From an uncultured virus (IMG/VR IMGVR_UViG_3300045391_005857) (lineage: Duplodnaviria; Heunggongvirae; Uroviricota; Caudoviricetes), in IMG/VR virus record IMGVR_UViG_3300045391_005857: a stretch of DNA of 64,000 nucleotides; one strand, 5' to 3'. Shown piece by piece: positions 58,519 through 64,000 of the stretch. The notes under the pieces were generated by a model that made no database searches, was not told the origin of the DNA, and worked only from the letters and a program-made list of their open reading frames with translations. Made by a program: the position numbers and the translations under genes. How positions within the stretch are numbered: position 1 is the stretch's first letter; the number at the start of each line of letters is the position of its first letter.

Positions 58519-59486
58519 CAATGACAGAAGCCGTGATCAGCTTGGCGGCGATAGCGGGCGCTGCTGCCATATTGTTTTGCCTGTTTTCAGATTTGCCGCT
58601 GCGTTGGCTTGCGCGTCGTAGTCTCGATGCAGCCACCGATGCCGCGGTAGCACGCGACGCGGCCAGACTGCCGATTGTCGATCAACGCCTGCGACAACTG
58701 GATAATAGCCTGACTCAGTTCGCCGGCGACGCGCTCTCGCGAGTGGATCAACAGATGGGCGAGCTGGAGCGGGTAATCGAGCAGAACGTGGGTCAGCAGC
58801 TCGCCACGATGCTGACACCGCCCCAGCAAATCTCGGTTATCACATCGCACCCAGAGCCGGTCTCGGTGATCACATCGCACCCGCCGGCGATGACCACGCT
58901 GGCATCCGGGACTACGTTCGTGCGGGACTTGTCGCCCCAGGTATTGGGCCGGCCGTTCGAGACAGCCCACGTTACCGGCCGCGTGGTCGCCACACCGCCG
59001 GTGTCCGTCCAGCCGCCCTGGAACCCGCCCGGGATGCGACTGCCGAGCCCGTTCAAGACGGCCTTTGACTCCGACGCCATCTTCAAGCAGCAAAAAGACA
59101 TGCGGACACACGACATTGGCCTGCAGTCCCTACTCGACGCTGTCTTCCAGGCATTGTGGGACCTGCACCAGGTGGGCGGCGATCGGTTCGGGGATTGGGA
59201 CCGCACTAAGTTCGTGGTCAATTTTGGCACTCCGCCCAAGGAGTCCGAGCGGCGATTCGTGTTTACCTTCACGTTCCCCGTCATCGATCGGTTCGAGGTT
59301 TTCCGCACGACCACCCCCGACTTTGGCCCGGCCTGGCATATCACCTCGCAAAAGCTCAACCTTGCGGTTACAGTATCTGGCAGTAACCCGCGGTTGATGG
59401 TTCCGGCGTCCCTCTCGGACACGCCAAATAGCGAACCGACGGTTGATACCGACGGTCGCGAGCTGCGGGCGATCACCTTGGATTAA
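58515..59486 (+). CDS. N-terminally membrane-anchored protein; C-terminal RELRAITLD tag
   Basis: Hydrophobic AVISLAAIAGAAAILFCLF, then coiled coil; ATGA overlap. Confidence 0.75.
   Translation: MTMTEAVISLAAIAGAAAILFCLFSDLPLRWLARRSLDAATDAAVARDAARLPIVDQRLRQLDNSLTQFAGDALSRVDQQMGELERVIEQNVGQQLATMLTPPQQISVITSHPEPVSVITSHPPAMTTLASGTTFVRDLSPQVLGRPFETAHVTGRVVATPPVSVQPPWNPPGMRLPSPFKTAFDSDAIFKQQKDMRTHDIGLQSLLDAVFQALWDLHQVGGDRFGDWDRTKFVVNFGTPPKESERRFVFTFTFPVIDRFEVFRTTTPDFGPAWHITSQKLNLAVTVSGSNPRLMVPASLSDTPNSEPTVDTDGRELRAITLD
58831..58890 (+). repeat. 30-bp imperfect tandem duplication (SVITSHP x2)
   Basis: tctcggttatcacatcgcacccagagccgg / tctcggtgatcacatcgcacccgccggcga. Confidence 0.8.
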
Positions 59487-59489
59487 ATC

Positions 59490-59990
59490 ATGGACGAACA
59501 GGTCACTCCGGGCGGGATTGTCATCCCAGGCACCGAAGAACCGCTGCCGTCGATCCAACAGACGGTCAGCGCTCTGGATGAGATCGGCCCCAAGCGAGCC
59601 GAGCATGCGGGTAAAGCTCTCCGCATCCTCTGCGAGCGACTCATAGGCACGGTCTGTGAGGTCGACCGCGAGCTGAATGTCTCGCAGTACCTCAACTCCG
59701 TCACCATCTTGGTCAAAGGGACCGGGAGCTACGTGCTGCAGATCGACGATGCCAACACGGGCGTCGATAAGAGGCAGATCGAGCAGGACGTCGCAGAGCT
59801 GTTCAGCCGAGGTGAGCACGACAAACTTCTTCGTTCCATTAACATCGAGCCCAGACATGGCCAAGTCCCCACTCCCCTCGAACACATCCCCACCGGCCCC
59901 TGCAGCCCTCTCCCAGCCGAAGGACCTGCTGGATCTCCTGCTGATGAAGTGGCAGGAGGCTGGGAGCGATTCCGAGGGACCGAGCCCTGA
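59490..59990 (+). CDS. Hypothetical protein
   Basis: 166-aa ORF; 3' part overlaps the next ORF. Confidence 0.6.
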   Translation: MDEQVTPGGIVIPGTEEPLPSIQQTVSALDEIGPKRAEHAGKALRILCERLIGTVCEVDRELNVSQYLNSVTILVKGTGSYVLQIDDANTGVDKRQIEQDVAELFSRGEHDKLLRSINIEPRHGQVPTPLEHIPTGPCSPLPAEGPAGSPADEVAGGWERFRGTEP

Positions 59991-60231
59991 GTGCAAGGAG
60001 TATTTGGCGGCGTTCATCGACTACAGCCGCCGCATTCTCCAAGACAACCAGCCGATCGCCACCGACAACCTGCACGGTGTGCTGGCGATCCGCTTCCAGG
60101 ATATGACCAGCGTGCCCGTGCTGGAGCTGCCGCAGGGCGTGATGATGCCGCCCACGGTCTCGCTTAATAAAGGCGGGCCTGGTGGTGTCGTGCCGGGCCG
60201 CTCGTGGGGCGTGACAGGGGAGAAGAAATAG
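59857..60231 (+). CDS. Hypothetical protein
   Basis: ATG 59857 (MAKSPLP...). Confidence 0.55.
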   Translation: MAKSPLPSNTSPPAPAALSQPKDLLDLLLMKWQEAGSDSEGPSPECKEYLAAFIDYSRRILQDNQPIATDNLHGVLAIRFQDMTSVPVLELPQGVMMPPTVSLNKGGPGGVVPGRSWGVTGEKK

Positions 60232-60536
60232 TGCCTGTCATCGTGAAGATGCAGACGTTGACGCGACTGATCTATGCCGATGGCTCGGGGATCACGCTTC
60301 AAACGAACTACGAGAACCTCGATCGCGGGCAAGGCGACAAGGGCGTGCTCGCCAAGATGCAGTCGCAATCGCGGCAGATTCTGCAGCAGTTCGCCAGCGA
60401 GCAGGGCGCTGAGGGCATCTACAAGAAAGCCAAGACCACGCGCCGCCTGATGAAGGAGCGCGACCTCCGAAATCTAAAAAAACAACAGATACTCGAAAAC
60501 CCGGCCTCTGATCCGCCGCCACCGTCTGGCGGCTAA
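60231..60536 (+). CDS. Hypothetical basic protein
   Basis: GGGGAG SD; GTG coupled to the upstream TAG. Confidence 0.6.
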   Translation: MPVIVKMQTLTRLIYADGSGITLQTNYENLDRGQGDKGVLAKMQSQSRQILQQFASEQGAEGIYKKAKTTRRLMKERDLRNLKKQQILENPASDPPPPSGG

Positions 60537-60555
60537 GGCCGCCAATAGGTGATGC

Positions 60556-61221
60556 ATGCTTTTCTTTGTGTTCGAAGGTATTGATGGCAGTGGCAAATCG
60601 ACCCAGCTAGAACTCTTCAAGCAATTCGTTGAAGAGAAACTCAAGCGGCCCACGTTCTACCTGCGAGACCCGGGTGCCACAGAAGCCAGCACGGCGATCC
60701 GGAGAATCCTCCTCGACCCTAAGTTGCCGTTGACGCCGCTCGGGCAGACGCTGCTCTTTACGGCCGCACGCTGCGAAGCCTGCCAGCTCATAAAGGAGCT
60801 GGACCCCAGCACAATCATTCTGGCCGATCGCTGGGTCTGGTCGACGCTGGCGTATCAGTCGGAAATGGGCAGTGTCTCCCCAGACCTGATCAAGGACCTG
60901 CACCTGCAATACTGCCGTGAGCCCGAGCCCACAATGTGCTTCTTGATCGATTGTGACCCCGCGATTGCTGGCCAACGCAAGATCGACGCCTGCCAGAAGG
61001 CCAACATGCCTCGCGATCGCTTCGAGTTGAAGCCACTGGAGTGGCGAATGGAGCTACGCAGCGCATACGAGCGCGTCGCCGGGCGGTATTACGACTGGCT
61101 CCCGATGATGTATAAGATCGATGGCGAGAAACCGGCCGACGTCGTAGCCGCCTATGTCCGCAGCGCTGCGACGCAAGGCTCCAACGAATTTGCTCAGGCC
61201 CTAGCCCAACTATCGTTATGA
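60556..61221 (+). CDS. tmk: Thymidylate kinase
   Basis: FEGIDGSGKSTQ, RDPG, LLFTAAR, ADRWVWSTLAYQ, DRFE. Confidence 0.93.
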   Translation: MLFFVFEGIDGSGKSTQLELFKQFVEEKLKRPTFYLRDPGATEASTAIRRILLDPKLPLTPLGQTLLFTAARCEACQLIKELDPSTIILADRWVWSTLAYQSEMGSVSPDLIKDLHLQYCREPEPTMCFLIDCDPAIAGQRKIDACQKANMPRDRFELKPLEWRMELRSAYERVAGRYYDWLPMMYKIDGEKPADVVAAYVRSAATQGSNEFAQALAQLSL

Positions 61222-62135
61222 TCCACCTCGCGATCCGCACGCTCACCTCCATCGTCACGATTCCGCTGGGCACGTTCTCAGTGAAGCCGGTAGGCCCTTT
61301 CGGTGTGCCAGTGGCCGGAGTCCCCTATCACGCCTGGCAGCGAGCCGCCACCTGGCTCTTGTTGATGGAGGCCAACCCTGACGACGGGCCGGCTGCATTC
61401 ACTACCGGGCCATTCGTCATCGCGTCGCTGTTTTCCGAAGAAGCCGGGCATAAGATCCTCACCCGCATCTGGTCACAAGTATCCGGCTCCGAATCCCATA
61501 TCCACGATCGTACGATCTGCGTGGGTATCGAGGACCTTATGAGTGTCGATCGCGAGGCGCGGATGGCGTTAATCGAGGCCAACGCACGCCTCAACCAGGA
61601 ACGCACGCGAGCTATCGACCTGGGTGGCGACAAAGACGAATCGCCGGCCGCGGTTGCGCCCATCACCGACGGCATTCCGATGGTGAGCTACCACGACTGG
61701 CACCGCCAGCAATATACCAAGGCTACGGCAGAGGACGCTCTATTCGACGGCACGGGCCCAATGACTGGTAGCCGCGTTTACGCTGGCGATGCTCCGCCTG
61801 CCGGAGCCCGCGGACGCCGGCTGGGCACCGTGTCGATGGGCAGCGCCCGCGCTATGGAGTCGCCCGGCCGAGCGATCAATGACTTCGTAGGCGTCACCGC
61901 GATCGGCGCTGGCGGCGGCATGCCCAACGCCAATGAGGACGTATTCGTAGGCGGCGGTGGTGCCGGCGACGGCGGTATGGGTGGCGGTGCCAGCGGTGGT
62001 AGCAATGGCTTCGCCAGTCTAGGCGGTGGTGGGTTCGTCGGCACAGAGGCAGGCTACGCTGAAACGATGCAGCCCGCGCGGCACGAAGACCCGGATATGG
62101 CCCCGATCTTCACAGGGCCGCCCCATCAGCCTTAA
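61218..62135 (+). CDS. Hypothetical protein with Gly-rich tail; internal RTRAIDL tag
   Basis: ATGA overlap; 305 aa. Confidence 0.7.
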   Translation: MIHLAIRTLTSIVTIPLGTFSVKPVGPFGVPVAGVPYHAWQRAATWLLLMEANPDDGPAAFTTGPFVIASLFSEEAGHKILTRIWSQVSGSESHIHDRTICVGIEDLMSVDREARMALIEANARLNQERTRAIDLGGDKDESPAAVAPITDGIPMVSYHDWHRQQYTKATAEDALFDGTGPMTGSRVYAGDAPPAGARGRRLGTVSMGSARAMESPGRAINDFVGVTAIGAGGGMPNANEDVFVGGGGAGDGGMGGGASGGSNGFASLGGGGFVGTEAGYAETMQPARHEDPDMAPIFTGPPHQP

Positions 62136-62386
62136 TTGGCGTTTAGCATCGCCAGCTCGGCGACCGCTTCCGCCGAAATCTCGTCGAGCCGCTGAATCTT
62201 CAGGGACGACTGCCGGCCGTTGGGCGACATCACGAGGATCGTGACTTCGTCCTCACCCTTCTGCTCGGCCTTATCGAGAGCGGCGCCCAAGGCGCGCACG
62301 GCCGACCGGTTCAGCGCGAGCCGGGGCTCAGCGCAGGCGTGACCAGCGTCTCGCAGGTCGACCAGAGGTGTGAGGGTTGCGGACAT
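62132..62386 (-). CDS. Hypothetical protein
   Basis: AGGA SD on the minus strand; convergent overlap of TAA stops. Confidence 0.55.
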   Translation of the reverse strand: MSATLTPLVDLRDAGHACAEPRLALNRSAVRALGAALDKAEQKGEDEVTILVMSPNGRQSSLKIQRLDEISAEAVAELAMLNAN

Positions 62387-62471
62387 GGTTAGATCATCCT
62401 ATGCAGGTTGGTGTCGCCTCCCTGCTGGATTGGTTTCAAAGTCTATGCGGCCGCACGAGTTGTGGCTAGAC

Positions 62472-63278
62472 CTACTCGGCCGGCTTGTAGTCCACGATGC
62501 CCATCGCAGCCAGCGCTTGACCGCGACTGATCATGCCACGCTCCTGGATTTGGGAGAGCGCTTGCATCTGCTCGTGCGACAACTGCGACGCGCGCGGGGT
62601 GGCAGCCACATGAGCCACAACCTCCAGTGAAGGTTCGGCCACATTCGCCAGATCGGGCTCAACGATGAAGCTCATCGGCTGCACGGTCTCGTGGTCCCAG
62701 TTGCCCCATTCGTTGCGGTAGATGCCGGGCGGCAACGACAGCGGATAGTCGGGCTGCGCGGACGGTGTTCCTACGATCGGTTCACCCAATTGGTGGTTGT
62801 AGAACTCGTTCGCGGCTCGCTGCCGGGCGACCTCGTCCACCAGGCCGGTATAGTCGCGGGTCCACCGGCGATCTCGCATCGTCCTATTGGTCCCGGCCGC
62901 CGGAGCCGAAGCTCCTGGCGGCAGGCCCAGTGGTTGAGGAGCTGCGGGAGCCACGCCGCGGGCTCGATCGGCCGCCTCTTGTTGCCGCTGCATCTCCTGA
63001 ACGAACGCCTGCTGCAGAGCACTTGCCGTGCCCGTGGGCTTCGGCGGCATTGGCTTAGAGGCCACGGGCGGCTTATCACGCCGCTGGAGCGATTCACAGC
63101 CGCAATACCGGCACAGGCAACCCTTTAGGCTCTCACCAAAGGGGGCTGGCGTCCCCTTTGGAATCTCCGCACCCGCCTGGTCGCCACAGTTGACGCACAG
63201 GGTGACAACCTTGTAGGTCGTTTGCTCGTCATTGGCCCCGCCGCTGATGTCGATCGACCGCAATTCTCTTTCTGCCAT
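62472..63278 (-). CDS. Hypothetical Zn-finger protein; N-terminal RELRSIDI tag
   Basis: AAGGA SD; MAERELRSIDIS; CVNC...CRYC. Confidence 0.72.
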   Translation of the reverse strand: MAERELRSIDISGGANDEQTTYKVVTLCVNCGDQAGAEIPKGTPAPFGESLKGCLCRYCGCESLQRRDKPPVASKPMPPKPTGTASALQQAFVQEMQRQQEAADRARGVAPAAPQPLGLPPGASAPAAGTNRTMRDRRWTRDYTGLVDEVARQRAANEFYNHQLGEPIVGTPSAQPDYPLSLPPGIYRNEWGNWDHETVQPMSFIVEPDLANVAEPSLEVVAHVAATPRASQLSHEQMQALSQIQERGMISRGQALAAMGIVDYKPAE

Positions 63279-63325
63279 GACAAATTCCTTTGTGCTTCGC
63301 AGCTAACTCCTTGCTGCACAAACCT

Positions 63326-63892
63326 TTAGACCTCTTCGCCCGTCACGATATTTTCCGCTTTTATCCGCGCATCCAGATCGGCGAAATTGTCGTTAAGTGG
63401 CTTATCCTCAACGACTTGCGCCACGCTATCCACCACATTATCGGTTCCTAAGTACCGTTTCCAGTCCCAACTCTCGGGATCGCGAGCCCCAATCACCGCA
63501 TGCGTCCCAGTCGCGACCAGCACCGCGGCACTCCCCTTCGGTACCGCAGCCAACGCCTCCTCCACCGTCTCGAATGGCGCCTCGTACGACCCGTTGGGCG
63601 TCTTCTTCGCCCCACGCTTCCCGACGTACCAGGTGTAGGCGTCTGGACCCATGGGGCGACGTACCATCTCGCCCGCCCCAACCTCACCCATCTGCCCTAC
63701 CTCACGCCACAGACCACTCTGCCATTCATAGTCGCCACACCGCTTCAGCTCCCCGATCCGCACCGGCCTCCAGACCATGAACAGAACAGGCAGTCCCTCC
63801 CCGCTCACTTCGTCGCCATCACCCCACGCACCCTCAGTTAGCTCACCAGCTGCTGCGAGCTGCAGCACGGGATCGACCGGTTTCCTGGGCAT
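63326..63892 (-). CDS. Hypothetical protein
   Basis: AGGGGA SD; 188 aa. Confidence 0.65.
   Translation of the reverse strand: MPRKPVDPVLQLAAAGELTEGAWGDGDEVSGEGLPVLFMVWRPVRIGELKRCGDYEWQSGLWREVGQMGEVGAGEMVRRPMGPDAYTWYVGKRGAKKTPNGSYEAPFETVEEALAAVPKGSAAVLVATGTHAVIGARDPESWDWKRYLGTDNVVDSVAQVVEDKPLNDNFADLDARIKAENIVTGEEV
63441..63456 (-). promoter_or_regulatory. Dispersed motif copy 6, one mismatch (GGTACTTAGGAACCGA)
   Basis: TCGGTTCCTAAGTACC on the + strand. Confidence 0.45.
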
Positions 63893-64000
63893 TAGAATAA
63901 TCCCCTAAATTTCTAACGTGAGCAGGACACTTTAGCAGAGTTGCTGTTGACACGCCTACACGTTCCTCCGGACATTGAGCCCATGCACACGCCCACACCG

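Noticed and set aside
35829..59846. Weaker tag-like peptides: RRPVLEL (end of 35057-35860), EQRPIDV (start of 46347), LLRSINI (in 59490-59990)
   Set aside because: Only partial matches to the consensus, so they were not counted, although the first two are terminal and could be degenerate copies.
1..64000. Genome-wide stop-codon reassignment (TGA or TAG)
   Set aside because: Only one in-frame TGA splits a recognisable gene. All three stops end well-defined genes, often in ATGA/GTGA overlaps, and coding density is already high with the standard code.
1..64000. CRISPR, TIGR-like or other guide arrays; tRNA and rRNA genes
   Set aside because: No regularly spaced repeats or cloverleaf-like sequences were seen by eye, and intergenic gaps are very short. 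A dedicated search was not run.
1..64000. Frequent CGATCG / GCGATCGC (HIP1-like) words
   Set aside because: These can be explained by preferred codons (GCG-ATC-G, ATC-GAC) in GC-rich coding DNA. Enrichment cannot be claimed without a codon-aware count.

Overview
This 64 kb window is densely packed, GC-rich and almost entirely + strand. It reads as part of a large (jumbo-type) dsDNA phage genome; no rRNA, tRNA or CRISPR array was seen. From left to right it contains: (1) an accessory block of short hypothetical genes, a radical SAM gene, an intein-containing PAPS-reductase-like gene, hldE and csrA; (2) a replication/recombination core with SbcD, SbcC, an SF2 helicase, a DnaB-like helicase, primase, a UDG-fused family A DNA polymerase, a probable SSB, RecA-like, DnaQ-like exonuclease and RuvC-like genes; (3) nucleotide metabolism genes (ThyX, MazG-like, Tmk), a DNA methyltransferase, three glycosyltransferase-like genes, three free-standing HNH genes and a probable portal gene. 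Three signals are not explained by standard annotation. First, a short peptide tag, R-x(1,2)-R-[AS]-I-[DET]-[LI] (RTRAIDL / RELRSIDL), occurs in about 13 unrelated proteins, mostly at the termini, and is conserved at protein rather than DNA level. Second, a 13-16 bp DNA motif, GGTACTTAGAAAC(CGA), is dispersed at six sites on both strands. Third, a Nop/IS110-like gene, a RAMP(Cas7)-like gene and an SF2 helicase sit together with no visible array. All functional calls come from recognising motifs by eye; no database searches were run.
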